From NCBI RefSeq assembly GCF_009914755.1, contig NC_060938.1: a DNA stretch of 64,000 nt; one strand, 5' to 3'. This document shows, one piece after another, positions 1 through 17,542 of this stretch. Made by a program: the position numbers and the translations under genes. Position 1 is the stretch's first letter, and the number at the start of each line of letters is the position of its first letter. The notes beneath the pieces are model-generated. The model worked only from the letters and a program-made list of their open reading frames with translations. It made no database searches and had not been told where the DNA came from. Source of the DNA: the human T2T-CHM13v2.0 reference genome, Homo sapiens.

Positions 1-178
1 CGTTATATAAGTAGAATCATATAGTATTTGACCTTTTGTGACTGGCTTATTTCACTTAGCATAATGTTTTAAAGGTTCATCCATGTTGTAGTATGTGTCA
101 GAATTTTCTTCTTAAGGGTAGAATTTATTTTTAAACATTTATTACGTAGTCTTATAGTTTTTATTATTTTCATTTTAA

Positions 179-602
<424 letters not shown>

Positions 603-604
603 CC

Positions 605-1243
605 ATATGAATTTTAAAATAGTTTTTTCTAATTCTGTGAAAAATGATGTTGGTAATTGAATAGGAATTGCATTGAATCTGTAGATGGCTTTGGGCAGTA
701 TGGTCATTTTAACGATATTGATTTTTCTAATTCATGAGCATGGAATGTTTTCCACTTATTTGTGTCATCTGTGATTTTTTTCATCAGTGTTTTATAGTTC
801 TCCTTGTAGAGATCTTTCACCTTCTTGATTAAATGTATTCCTAGGAATTTTATTTTTTGTGTGCCGCTGTTGTAAATGGCATTGAGTTCTTGATTTCATT
901 CTCAGCTTGAATGTTATTAGTGTATAGAAACGCTACTGATTTTTGTACGTTGATTTTGTATCCTGAAACTTTACTTAAGTCATTTATCAGATCTAGGGGC
1001 ATTTTGTAGGAATCTTTAGGGTTTTCTAGGTATAGGACCATGTCATCAGTGAACAGAGGTAATTGGACTTCCTTTTACTTTTTGGATGCCTTTTCTTTCT
1101 TTCTCTGTCTGATTGCTCTGGCTGGGACTTCCACTACTGTATTGAAAAGAGTGGTAAGAGTGGGCATCCTTGTCTTGTTCTAGTTCTTAGGGGGAATGTG
1201 TTCAACTTTTGCCCGTTCAGTATGATGTTGGCTGTGGGTTTGG
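605..1243 (-). mobile_element. L1 (L1PA/PB-like) ORF2 fragment
   Basis: Minus-strand [11 protein letters not shown]...[21 protein letters not shown] is L1 ORF2 reverse transcriptase. Confidence 0.92.
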
Positions 1244-1395
1244 GATTATGAGGATTATATTATTACTTAATCACTTAATTTGTTCCTTGTCCTTTTCGAT
1301 CGTGGAATGCTATGGCTGAGTTCCTAAACATTCTTTTAGTTAAAAAAGATTTTTTTAGTAGCTTATTAAAGTTTAATAAATATTCAGGAATTTAA

Positions 1396-1494
<99 letters not shown>

Positions 1495-1752
1495 TAAGTT
1501 TCATTTACAGAAAATAATTGGACCATTTCTTATGTAAATCAGCTTCATTTGTACTTTGGACATATGAAAAACCTTTTCACTATGTGAAATATATATTGTG
1601 TGATATGTATAAAGCATTTCTCATGGTGCTAGACACGTATAAAATACTCAGTAGCAGTTAGCAGTTATTATTATGGAAGTGCTATAGTATTAACTCATTT
1701 AACACACTTATAAAATAGATTTACTATCCCAATTTTATAGAATCCCCATTTT

Positions 1753-2050
<298 letters not shown>

Positions 2051-2119
2051 GGTTAATTTAATTTTGCGTTAGAATCTAAGGAAGAGCCACACTTTACATT
2101 TGAATGATATGTCTCTTAA

Positions 2120-2402
2120 GTTTGTTTTTGTTTTTGTTTTTTTTAAGACAGGGTCTCGCTCTGTTGCCTAGGCTGGACTGCAACCTCCACCTCCTGGGTT
2201 CAAACAATTCTCCTGCCTCAGCCTCCTGAGTAGCTGGGATTACAGGCACACACTACCACGCCTGGCTATTATTTGTATTTTTAGTAGAGATGAGGTTTCA
2301 CCATGTTGGTTAGGCTGGTCTCAAACTCCTGACCTCAGGTGATCCGCCCACCTTGGTCTCCCACAGTGCTGGGATTACAGGTGTGAGCCACCATGATCAG
2401 CC
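2120..2402 (-). mobile_element. AluS with short internal deletion
   Basis: Antisense Alu consensus. Confidence 0.88.
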
Positions 2403-2769
2403 TTCAGTTTGTTTTAATCTACAGATTTACCCTTATTTCGTTTTTCTTATAATTTGTTTGTCTTAAGAAATTTTCTACCTTCTGGATTTTGCTGAATGTA
2501 TCCTTTTGTTGTCTTTAACATGTTTCTTTCAACCTTGAATTTCTGTCAAGTGGCAAGAATGCTTGATAGGTGATATTATATACTTCCTGTGTAATACATC
2601 GGGATACATAGATATCTGATTTTATCTCTTATTGTGAAATTAGGATTGATCTGTTAATACACCACCTTTTTGTATCAAATTACAGCATATGGAAATTTGA
2701 GGACAAAGAGTCTAAACAGTCAATTTTAGAAATTTAGCAGGAAAATAATTTCTTATAAAAGCTGAAGGA

Positions 2770-3070
2770 AGCTGGGCATGGTGGCTCATGCCTGTAGTCC
2801 TAGCACTTTGGGAGTCCAAGACAGGAGGATCACTTGAGCCCAAGAGTTTGAGACCAGTCTGGGCAATATAGCTAATTTTTTTAAATTAGCCAGATATGGT
2901 GGTGTGTGCCTGTAGTCCCAGGTACTTGGGAGGCTGAGGTGGAAGGATCACTTGGGCCTAGGAGTTTGAGGATGCCATGAGCCATGTTCATGCCACTGCA
3001 CTCCAGCCTGGGTGACAGAATGAGACCCCGTCTCATCAGAAAAATAGGGAGACAGACAGACAGACAGATG
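2770..3070 (+). mobile_element. AluJ followed by (GACA)n
   Basis: Sense Alu with AluJ-type ggatcacttgagcc. Confidence 0.88.
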
Positions 3071-3804
3071 CTGAATGATAGGAAAAAAGCAGGGAAAGCA
3101 GAAGAAATCAAGTATACCAGATAAAAGAAAACATAAACACAGTAGAATGTTTTCAACTAGTTCTAGAAGTACGTCAGTGTAATAAGCAAATCTTGGACAA
3201 GTCTAAGTCAGAAAACTGGTGAGAGAATGCATGTTAGAAGTAAAAAGAGGACATAATGATAGACTTAGAAGGTATTAAGAATACAGTGTATTAAGAATAC
3301 TGTGTACATGAATGCTACAAATTAAGAAATCTAGATGAAAGAAATAACTCACCAAAAATAACCATATAACTAAGAAGATTTTAATAGGCCAGTTACTGGG
3401 AAATAAATTTAAAAAAAACCTTCAAAGAGCAATCTCCAAAAGCAGTCATGATTTTGTTTGAGTTCTTGAAAAATTTTAAGAAACAGATTATGATCATGCT
3501 ATATATTCTGCTCCAGAGCAATGAAAAGCAAAGAATGCCCCTCATGTCATTTTATGATGCTAACCTAGCCCAAGTATCAACACCTAACAATTAGTTTCAT
3601 CAGAGATATTTTCATCATGCTATTGTAATTTAAACAAACCTAGTTCTTTAAATAAGTTATGAGTAAATTATATTTTATCATATGTTAAAAGATTAATACA
3701 CAGTGATTGGAATGCAGCAATGTTTTAAAAATGGTAATAGCAAATTCTGATGTAACACTTATGCACCAGCCACTGTCCTCTGCACTTCTTTATTTTTGTT
3801 TTAC

Positions 3805-4124
3805 TTTCTGTTTTTTATTTTGTTGAGACAGGATCTCGCTCTGTCACCCAGGCTGGAGTTCATGGGTAGGTTCACGGCTCACTGCAGCCTTGACCTCCCA
3901 GGCTCAAGTAATCCTACAACCTGAGGTCCCCCTAACCGCCCCCCCGCCAGAGTAGCTGGGACTACAGGCATGTGCCACCACATCCAGCTAACTTTTTTAC
4001 TTTTTGTAGATATAGGGTCTCACTATATTGCCCAGGCTGGTCTCAAACTCCTGGGCACAAGAAGTCCTCCCGTCTCAGCCTTTGAAAGTGCTTGAATTAC
4101 AGGCATGAGCCAACATACCTGGCT
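3805..4124 (-). mobile_element. AluJ
   Basis: Antisense Alu. Confidence 0.88.
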
Positions 4125-4370
4125 GCACTTCTTACATACTACTTGATCTTTACAAAAGCCTAGCACGTCTAATAATGTTTCAAGCTTAAGGAATAGAAGG
4201 GTTTAAGTCACCCAGGCAGTCTCTCTCCAGAGACAGTGCTCTTAACCATTGCGCCACTACAATAATTCATGATCTATTAATACATTTATATCATTTGATC
4301 AAATAAGAAAATATATGTGGCAAGCACTACAGTCACATTTAATGACATTTTATGCCCATATCTTCTTAAT

Positions 4371-4670
4371 TTTTTTATTTTTTAAATTGACAAATAATTG
4401 TACCTATTTGTAGGGTACGTAGTGTTGTACTTATAATGTGTAGTGATCAGATCATGGTAATTAGCATATCCATCATCTGAAACATTTATCATTTCTTTGT
4501 GTTAGGAACCTTCAATATCCTCCTTTTAACCGTGTAACACATTATTGTTAACTATACTCATCCTACTATAGTCATTCCTCCTATCTAGCTGTAACGTATT
4601 CCTGACTTATTCCTCCTATGTAGCTGTAATTTTGTATCCTTTAACAAATCTCTCCCTATGCCCCCCTTCC
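4371..4670 (-). mobile_element. L1MA-like 3' end
   Basis: Antisense L1 3' UTR (aattgacaaataattgtac...catttatcatttctttgtg). Confidence 0.75.
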
Positions 4671-4745
4671 ATACCCATTTTATACTCAGTCACCACATAC
4701 ACACATAATACCCACAAACTTCTTTAAGAATAGAATGATACATTC

Positions 4746-5044
<299 letters not shown>

Positions 5045-5889
5045 AGAATGATACATTCTTAACATGAAGGACAATGTTTATTGGAAACCTGCAGTCAATA
5101 CCCTGTTTAACAGTAAAATTGGGAACAAGACAAGATGTCCATTATTTTTTAAACTTAATTTGGAAGCCTTAGTTGTAGCAGTTAGATAAGAAAATGAAAT
5201 CAGTTATGGATATTGAAAAAGAGGAGGCAAAGTTATAATTTGTAGAAAATATTGTGTATTCAGAATATCCAAGAGACCACTAACTCAGAAATTTTTACAC
5301 TAATGGAAGTTCAGGAAGGTGACCAGATACTCAGCATATTATTCAATAATAAAATGAAATAACAATTACCATAGCAATGTCCCCACCGAAAAAAAAAAAG
5401 TTGGGAATACTCATAACCAGAAGTCTATAGAATCTGTCTGAAGAAGTATGAAATTTTGTCAAGGGAAATAACCAAAGGCTAAGATAAATTAAGAGACTCA
5501 ACATGTTCTTGGATGGGAAGACTAAGCGCTGTAAAAATACAAGTTATTACAAAATTAGCATATGTTTGGCTGTGGTCAGTCTTAAAATTTTTTGTTATTT
5601 TGAGAATAAGTGGTAGATGTAAATTGGAAATGTAATTCTAACACTTACCTAGAAGAACATACTGTTGAGAAAAAAAAAGTATGTGCCTGTGTGTATACTG
5701 TATGTATATATTTATACTGTATATGTGTGTATATACATACACACAGAATTAAGGATACATCCATATAGAATACATTCAGTTTGGAATAGCTAAGATAAAT
5801 TTGGAAAAGCAAAAACAAAAATGGGATGATGGAGAACTTGCCTTAATTGATATTATAATGTACTCTAAAGCCTTAGAGGAATGAAGAAT

Positions 5890-7190
5890 CTGGCTAGAGT
5901 GTCTAGAACAACGGGAGAACTCCCTTGTGTGTGACTGGAGAGATAAGCAAGGGACTAGGTTATGAACTCCCCTAAAGGAATTTGGTCTTTAATATAAGAT
6001 AAATGGCAAATCATTGAAAAGTTTTAAAGAATTAGATATATTTCTTAAAATACTCACTCTGGTAGCCATATGAAGAAATGGATTGGAAGAGGGCTAGACT
6101 ATAGTCCAGCAAATGAATTGGCTCTGGAGTTTTCAGGGAGGAGTGAGTTAGATTGGTCCTGAATACACTGGGCAGTGGTGGTATGGTAATGGGAATCATG
6201 CTCAGTTGGAGAGGAAGAGACAAATTTGGAAGATGATTAGGAGATTGAATTGACAGGAATCATTAATTAGATATGAGGGTAAGGAAGGCACTAAGGTTGA
6301 ATCCCAGATTTTTGGCTTTCACAAATACATGGTGAGTAGTATTACTCATTGAGAAAGGAAATCCTTGTGGGGGATAACTTATTCTGGGCATGGGCAAGGG
6401 TTTGAGGTTCCTGTGAGAAATGTGGGTAAGAAGTGTTCAGGAGAAAATGGAATATAAAGGTCAAGTTGCCAGACAGTGGCTCATGCCTATAATCTCAGCA
6501 CTTTGGGAGGTCAAGCTGGGAGGATGGCTTGAACCTAGGAGTTTGAGATCAGCCTGGGCAACATAGCAAGACCCCATCTCTAAAAACAATAAATTAGCCA
6601 GGTGGGGTGGCATGTGCTTGTACTCCTCATTACTTGAGAGGCTGAGGCAGGAGGATCACTTGAGCCCAAGAGGTTGAGGCTGCAGTGAGCCATGGTTATG
6701 CTAATACACTCCAGCCTGGGTGACAGTGAGATCCTGTCTCAAAAAAAAAAAAAAAAAAAAAAAGGCCAAGTTCACAAAAGGGATCCAAGCTGGAAATTAA
6801 GATGCAGAAGTCATCATTATGTAAGTGGTAGTCTAAGTCTAAGCTCTGGGAATAGTTGAAGTGATTCAATGAGGTTATGATAGTGAAAGAGAGATGGCTA
6901 GGGCTGGATGCATTCTGAGAAAACCAAACATTTAAGGAGTATGTGGAGAAAGCAAGCTAGCTTCTAAATGCTGCTCAGAAAGTTTGGCCAGAGATGTAGG
7001 GGGTATGGTGTTAACAAAGCCAAGGGGAATTAGGTTCCAAGTGTGATATGCTGCTCCGAGGTAATGGAAGCTAAGTACTGAAAAATACACTGAATTGAGC
7101 AAGCAGGATTCTTAGTGGCTTTGGTGAGAATAGTTGCAGCATAGCATTGGGATGTTCAGTGGGTTTAAGAATAAAGAAAAACTGGCTAAA
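5890..7190 (-). mobile_element. L2 fragment(s) interrupted by an Alu
   Basis: Purine-rich, degenerate L2-like sequence; boundaries approximate. Confidence 0.55.
6468..6762 (+). mobile_element. AluJ
   Basis: Sense Alu with poly-A and TSD aaaggtcaagtt/aaaggccaagtt. Confidence 0.92.
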
Positions 7191-8217
7191 AAAGAAGACT
7201 AGAATGAAATAATTGCTTCTTAATGGGAGGGTTATGTGCATTTTTTTGACATTTATATGTCGTAGCTCTTTACATTTGCCACATTGAGCATTTATTAATG
7301 TAATAATTGGAAAAAATAAAATTTAAAAGCCTATAAAGAAATTTATGTCTAGCCTTATAATGTTTCTCTTATTGGGCAAAGGTAAGTCACTTTCAGACTT
7401 CAGGCAGAAACCTTAAAAATAAGGAATTCCTGAATTATATTTTCATACTCTACCCCTCAATTGGTTAAATATATATATTGAGCACTTACTACATACCTAA
7501 CCCTTTGTTACTTGCTGTTTGGTATGAAAGAAGTCCTGCTACCATTCCCAACCCCAGGTTGCTTACAGCTTAATTGGGGAGATAATATGTATATATATGG
7601 AAGAATTAGTGATTAATTACATTCAATATATTATTAAATTGTCCCATACAGATATTTAAACCCTGGGATGGCTAAGTAGCAAGCCTCCGTTGATAGGTAG
7701 TAAATGCAAAAGGAGTTAATGAAGGGAGAGATCAAGAGGAAGTGCTAGAAGAACAGGCTTCTTGAAGAAGGTAGTACTTGCATTGCACCTTAAAGGAGGA
7801 GAAGGATGTAATAAGTTGGGTGGAAGAAGGGTGAGAGAGCAGAGTGAGGCAAAGTGTGGAGTCACTTGTGGGCATGGCATGGTATATGTAGTTAGTGAGG
7901 AGTGCCTCGTGTATGGAAAGCCAAACAGAGGAAATTAGCCAATTCAGTTGTTTATAAGGAATAATTTTAGATTTTTGAATGGTGACGTGTAGGAAGTTTC
8001 TAAGCAAGTAGAAACTGGAAGAATGGAATAGTTAGTAATAGGTGATGAAACCTTACGGTTGAGAGAGAGAAGTGAGAAGGGAAATGTGCCAAACTGAGAG
8101 AAAAAGCCCTGGTGTCATGGTAAGACCTCTGGGAATTGGGCCCTAACTCTACCACTTAATAAATAGTTCTATGACAGTGATCAAGTAAATCCTGTTACCT
8201 CTGTGGACTGCCATTGC

Positions 8218-8520
8218 TTTTTTTCTTTCTTTTTTTTTGAGACGGAGTCTCGCTCTATTGCCCACGCTGGAGTGCAGTGGCGTGATCTCGGTTCACTGCA
8301 AGCTCCAACTCCTGGGTTCACGCCATTCTCCTTCCTCAGCCTCCGTAGTAGCTGTGACTACAGGCGCCTGCCACCACGCCCGGCTACTTTTTTGTATTTT
8401 TTAGTAGAGATGGGGTTTCACCGTGTTAGCCAGGATGGTCTCGATCTCCTGACCTCGTGATCCGCCCGCCTCAGCCTCCCAAAGTGCTGGGATTACAGGC
8501 GTGAGCCACCGCGCCTGGCC
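8218..8520 (-). mobile_element. AluY inserted in a MIR
   Basis: AluY diagnostics (gcaagctcc, ccgtgttagccaggatggtctcgatctcc); TSD gactgccatt. Confidence 0.92.
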
Positions 8521-9079
8521 AGACTGCCATTTCTTCATCTGTAAAATTAGGAAATTAGGATATCCTGTGACCTCTGTGGACTGCAATTTCTTCATCTATA
8601 AAATTAGGAAATTAGGATGGATGTCCTATAAGTTTCTCTCAGCTCTATAATTCTATGACACTCTTCATGCAATTGTGATGAAATAATTGACAACTCTTTA
8701 TGATTCAATTGGGTATGAGACAGTAAGCAAGTAGAGAAGTCAAGATGACTTCAACATTTTGAGACTGAGAGAAAAATGTTATTCTTAGTAGAAATGGGGA
8801 AATATCAAAGAGGAGTAAGTTTAAGAGTTCTGTGATGCCCTTAAAAGTCGACGGGGAAGTCCAGCAGCTGGAGATGGAATGTATTCCTGCCAATTTTACT
8901 TAGACTCTCTTAGGGACTCTTCAGTTTTGTCAGTGGTTCCTTTCATTGTTTTCTTTGAGGCCAAATACCGAGCAAATTGGCTAGCCTTCTTTTTTCTTTC
9001 AGTATTTAATTAAATGCCTTATTGCAAGTATGTATCTATTTGCTGGACTTGTTTTCATTTCAGGGTCTTTTTTTAATTT

Positions 9080-9216
9080 TTAATTTTTTTTTTTTTTTTT
9101 CTAGAGACAGGGTTTGCCATGTTGCCCAGCTGGTCTTGAACTCCTGGGCTCAAGCAGTCTTCCTGCCTCAGCCTCCCACAGTGCTAGGATTACAGGCATG
9201 TAGCACTACACCCACC
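9080..9216 (-). mobile_element. FLAM/Alu monomer
   Basis: Single antisense left-arm-like monomer. Confidence 0.8.
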
Positions 9217-9269
9217 TAATTCAGGCTTCTTAATAATGTATTTTGTGAACATTTTAATAAACTGAGTGA

Positions 9270-9670
<401 letters not shown>

Positions 9671-9749
9671 TGAGTGATATTTGTTAAGTAAATCTAAATG
9701 ACCTAGAATTCAGAAAATTCTTTTCAGTGGTGTTATCAATCCCTCTTGG

Positions 9750-10532
<783 letters not shown>

Positions 10533-10598
10533 GATAATGTTATAATTCTTATATAAATATTTGGAGGATGAAATTATCAATAATGGAAAAACCACAGC

Positions 10599-11023
10599 AG
10601 CTTGTCTGAAGGTAATAAGTTATCTCAATTGATTGTTCACAGTCAGTTACAGACCAAACTTTTTGTTTTATTTTATTTTTCTGGAGACAGAGTCTCGCTG
10701 TGTCACCCAGGCTAGAGTGCAGTGGTGCCATCTAGGCTCACTGCAACCTCCGCTGCCCAGATTCAAGTGATTCTCCTGCCTCAGCCTCGTGAGTAGCTGG
10801 GATTACAGGCATACACCACCATGCCCAGCGAATTTTTTGTATTTTAGTAGAGATGGGGTTTCACCATGTTGCCTAGGCTAGTCTCAAACTCCTGAGCTCC
10901 GGTGATCCACCTGCCTTGGCCTCCCAAAGTGCTAGCGTTATAGGCCTGAGCCACCACACCCGGCACAGACCAGACTTACTCCACTTTTTCTCCCCTTCTC
11001 ACTGCTGTACTTGACTAGTCTTT
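10599..11023 (+). pseudogene. Y1 RNA (RNY1-derived) retropseudogene split by an antisense Alu
   Basis: 5' half agcttgtctgaaggtaataagttatctcaattgattgttcacagtcagttacagaccaaact (10599-10660) and 3' half ...ccccttctcactgctgtacttgactagtcttt (to 11023) match hY1. An A-rich tail follows. Confidence 0.9.
10661..10964 (-). mobile_element. AluS inserted into the Y1 pseudogene
   Basis: TSD acagaccaaactt / acagaccagactt. Confidence 0.92.
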
Positions 11024-11124
11024 AAAAAAATAATAAAAGAAAAAAGAAAACAATAGTGTTTCTTGGGTTGTCTGCCTTTAGGAGTAAAGCTTGGTACTTT
11101 AATTCTTGGAGCTTTTTCTGAGTA

Positions 11125-11435
11125 GTTTTTTTTGTTTGTTTGTTTTGTTTGTTTGTTTTGAGACAGAGTCTCACTGTGTCACCCAGGCTGGAGTGCAGTG
11201 GCGCAATCCTGGCTCACTGCAACCTTCGCCTCCTGGGTTCTAGTAATTCTCCTGCCTCAGCCTCCTGAGTGGCTAGGACTACAGGCGCATGCCACCACGC
11301 CCGGCTAATTTTTGTATTTTTAGTAGAGACGGGGTTTCGCCACGTTAGCCAGGCTGGCCTCTAACTCCTGACCTGGTGATCCACCCGCCTTGGCCTCCCA
11401 AATTGGGATTACAGGCATAATCCCACCGTGCCACC
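11125..11435 (-). mobile_element. AluS
   Basis: Antisense Alu with (TTTG)n tail. Confidence 0.88.
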
Positions 11436-11708
11436 TTGTGAGTGTTTTAAATTTGTACTTCTTGAAAATGTCTTTATAATTGTGCTATGCCTTTTTCATA
11501 TGTTTAATTCTTATTTTCCAAAATAATATTGCTACCTTCAAGGAATTATCTTCTTATTTCTTTAGCCCTTAGTGACCTGGACCTTGATAAATTTTGTTAA
11601 CCAAATGACCTTGTTTGATAGGTGATTTAATTAAAAAAAATCAAAACCACCTTCGGCAGATTACCATTTGTTAAGTATTTCTTGAAATGTTTCAATGTAG
11701 TTTACTGA

Positions 11709-11948
<240 letters not shown>

Positions 11949-12449
11949 TGAAATATAGAAGTACTTACTAAGAACTGATTCTATAAATGGTTGTGTCCAG
12001 TTATAGACTAGGAACATTGTAGTTGCTCTCAATTTGAAAGAATTTTCCCATTTGTGGTTGTGTGTTACTTCTCAGGAAATGTGAAAATTACCCTCTAATA
12101 CTGTGATGGCACTGGTGAATTTAGAACTTTCCCAGTTTTAGCACTGAGAGTCCTACATCCTGGGAAACACCTTGGTCCTGGCAACCTGGATAATCGGTTA
12201 TTCTTATTTGAGAGCTAGAGGAACCTTAGAGATAATCTATGCCTTAGCTGTCGCTTTGTAAATGGGGAAGCAGAGAAACAGGTCAGAGTAGGCCTATGAG
12301 TCTAGAACGAGTAAGTGACAGAGCCAAAACTAGAACTCAAGGCTGCTGACCTAACTCAGCCTTATGTTAGTAAAATATCAAAAGCTACTTTGCTTTGCTG
12401 TTTTCTTCTTTTTAATTTCCATTTAAGTGTCTTGTTTTAGGCATCATAA

Positions 12450-12754
<305 letters not shown>

Positions 12755-12985
12755 AATTTTTTTTTCTTTTGTTTGAGAGGAAACATTTACCTAAGGATAG
12801 CTATCTTCTGCCTTTCATTTCTGTGACTCTAAAAATAAAGGCATTAAATCATTAGAAATTTAGTGGGTAAAGGCTCAAATTAGATCACTTATCAATGCCA
12901 ATTGATTTAAATAACATTTCTAGTAATTAGACATATTTTTGGTATCCTATAATGTGAATTTTTAAAAATGTTTTTATTGTTTTAG

Positions 12986-13237
<252 letters not shown>

Positions 13238-13459
13238 TAATCTTTTATCACTTGGATCTCTCAGCCAGTATTCATTGATAATTACAGTAGCTCATTAGAT
13301 TGTAACAGTTTTAGTTCTGAAATCATGATTTGCTTATCTTTCTTCTCCTGTAATGCGGGTAACTCTGAATGTTATATCTCAAATGTCACTAGTTGTGTGA
13401 GACCTCTCCCTCTAGTTGGCTTTTCCTCCTTTTACACTATTTTTGTTCATATCATTTTT

Positions 13460-13754
13460 ATTATTTATTTTTTGAGATGGAGTTTGCTATGGTTGCCCAG
13501 GCTGAAGTACAGTATAGAATCTCCAGTCACTACAACCTCCACCTCCTGGGTTCAGGAGATTTTCCTGCCTCAGCCTCCCATATAGTTGGGATTACAGGCG
13601 CACACCACCACGCCCAGCTAATTTTTGTATTTTTAGTAGAGGTGGGGTTTCACCATGTTGGTCAGGCTGGTCTCTAACTCCTGACCTCAAGTGATCTGCC
13701 TTCCTCGGCCTCCCAAAGTGCTAGAGTTACCTGCGTGAGCTGCCATGCCCAGCC
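13460..13754 (-). mobile_element. AluS
   Basis: Antisense Alu. Confidence 0.88.
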
Positions 13755-13799
13755 ATATTTTTAAGTGCTTATATCATATTGCAACTATTGGTTTACGTC

Positions 13800-14149
13800 A
13801 GCAGTTTTCAGTCTGGGAATGTGCACTAGAATTACTTGAACAGCTTTATAAAAATATTTGTGCTTGGCAGGCCAAGCTAAGAGGATTGCTTGAGGCCGAG
13901 AGTTCAAGATAAGCCTGGTTGATGTAGCAAGACCTCATCTCTTAGGGAAAAAAAAAAAAAAAAAAAAAAAAAATTTAGCCTGGCATGGTGGCATGTGCCT
14001 GTAGTCCCAGATACTTGAGAGGCTGAGACTGCCGGAGACCTTGAGTCCAGGAGTTTGCAGTTACAGTGAACTATGATAATACAACTGCACTTCATCCTAG
14101 ATGACAGAGTGAGACCCTATCTCAAAAAAAAAGAACTATATACACACAC

Positions 14150-14188
<39 letters not shown>

Positions 14189-14310
14189 TACACAAACACA
14201 CATGCTTAGGCCTTTCAGCGATTTTGAGCCAGCGATTCTGAGGTAGTGCCTGGCAATCATTGAAAGCTTCATAATGATTCTGATGCACACCGTTGGATAA
14301 GAACTACCTG
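13800..14310. mobile_element. MER5-like hAT element split by sense AluJ (about 13868-14130) and (CA)n (about 14137-14200)
   Basis: cagttttcagtctgggaatgtgcactagaattac ... gattctgatgcacac...gataagaactac ends flank the Alu. Confidence 0.65.
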
Positions 14311-14396
14311 GTGTACATGTTTGCTTTTGCATTTAATTAATTAAAATAATGAACATTTTTAATGCCTTTTGAGAGTAAGGCACTGGGCTATTATAA

Positions 14397-14807
<411 letters not shown>

Positions 14808-14899
14808 TAAACTCTTTTTTTTTTTTTTTTTTTTGAGTGAGTGAGGGAATGATCAGCATTGTAAATGTGTTGGTTTTAATTTCCTTTTTTTTCTAATAT

Positions 14900-15202
<303 letters not shown>

Positions 15203-15215
15203 TACTGTGCATTTA

Positions 15216-15545
<330 letters not shown>

Positions 15546-16474
15546 GTATATATATGTGTGTGTGTATATATATACACACACATATATGTATATATCTATA
15601 ACTTAATGACTTTCTAAATTATATATTTTTTAAGACAAAAATTCAGAAGAATGTACTAAAATAAGTTTATTATACTTAATATATCATCATAAAGTAGACA
15701 TTAATTTGCTATAATTTTCAAGACTTAACAGGGTTTATCTTGAGCTTTTCATGTGGTTGAAGATAATATTTTATTGGAATGATTATATGCATACCAAGTA
15801 AAGTTTAGTAAGTACTCCCTGCATGACTAAAATTGAGCACGCAGCAAATTATCTAGTGAGAGACCAGGAATGAGTCTATAAACTATTAGTTTATAGATAA
15901 CTTTACTTCTTTAAGCCTCAATTTCTTTACCTAGAAAATATTTTCTGTTGTTCAGGATAAAATGAGATGACACATTTGAAAAGCACATTGATTCCTTAAG
16001 GAGTGGCTCCTACTTAGTCCTAAGTACTTACCTGCCATCATCCATCCTTCCATAACTAAATCTGTAACTTAATGACTTTCTAATTTTGGAAGAATGAAAT
16101 CTGCTAATTTAGATGTCTTACTTATAAAGCTTATAATTACAGAGAGAGTTGAAGTTTTGGTTACATACTGGATATATTAGTTGTTCAGTAAATGCTTAAT
16201 GAAATGAAATTAGTTGAGTCTGTTTCATCTGTTTTATGTAGAGGGATCTCAACACACTTTTAGAAATTCTGTAAAACTATAAATTTTTTTAGGTTTTTCT
16301 TGGCCTGGCATAAAACTCTATTTTGATTATTACTCATTGCATGCCTGTATCAAAGTATTTCATGTGCTCCATAAATATATACACCTACTGTGTACTCACA
16401 AAAATTAAAACAAAACAATAAAACCCTGTTTTTTGAAACCAGTTTTATTAGTTAAGATACTTGCTCATTTCAGA

Positions 16475-16818
<344 letters not shown>

Positions 16819-17377
16819 CCATTTCAGGTATTTTAATAAATAGTGCTGAAAACTATGTTGTCACTCTAGTTTCCATTTATATACAAATGCATATATTATT
16901 GCTGCTGCTAAGCATGGATGTTTATTTGAGTACTCACTATCAATGATTTTCAAACCTTGACCTCAAACAAAATCCTGCCATTTAGGATATAAAAGATGGG
17001 ATGTTTTGGTTTAAAATTCTCTGATTCAAGTAGAGGTTTAGGGTGAGGGCCTCTCCTTCCTGGTCTTCTCTTAGCCGGCTGCAATGGCCCCTGAGCCATG
17101 TCTGTGGTAGAAAGGACAGCACTGAGGTTTAGAATGGTTAAGGAAAATGATTAAGGTCACACAGCAGAGTCAGGCTTAGTCAGATCTTTGTGCTTCTACA
17201 TCTTTCCAATGGCATCACTGCTGCTACTACAGTGGATACTTGCAATGTAATACATATTTTTCATTGTTTATTAAATGCAGTAAATTATGTTTAACTCCTC
17301 TAATATTTCAATGTATTTTATCATCTAACTCTTTCAAATGATATTTGAAAATAATAAAATAATCTTATTTCTTCTAG

Positions 17378-17542
<165 letters not shown>

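Noticed and set aside
850-1041. Reverse-transcriptase-like ORF
   Set aside because: Short fragment of a dead L1 ORF2, not an independent retroelement system.
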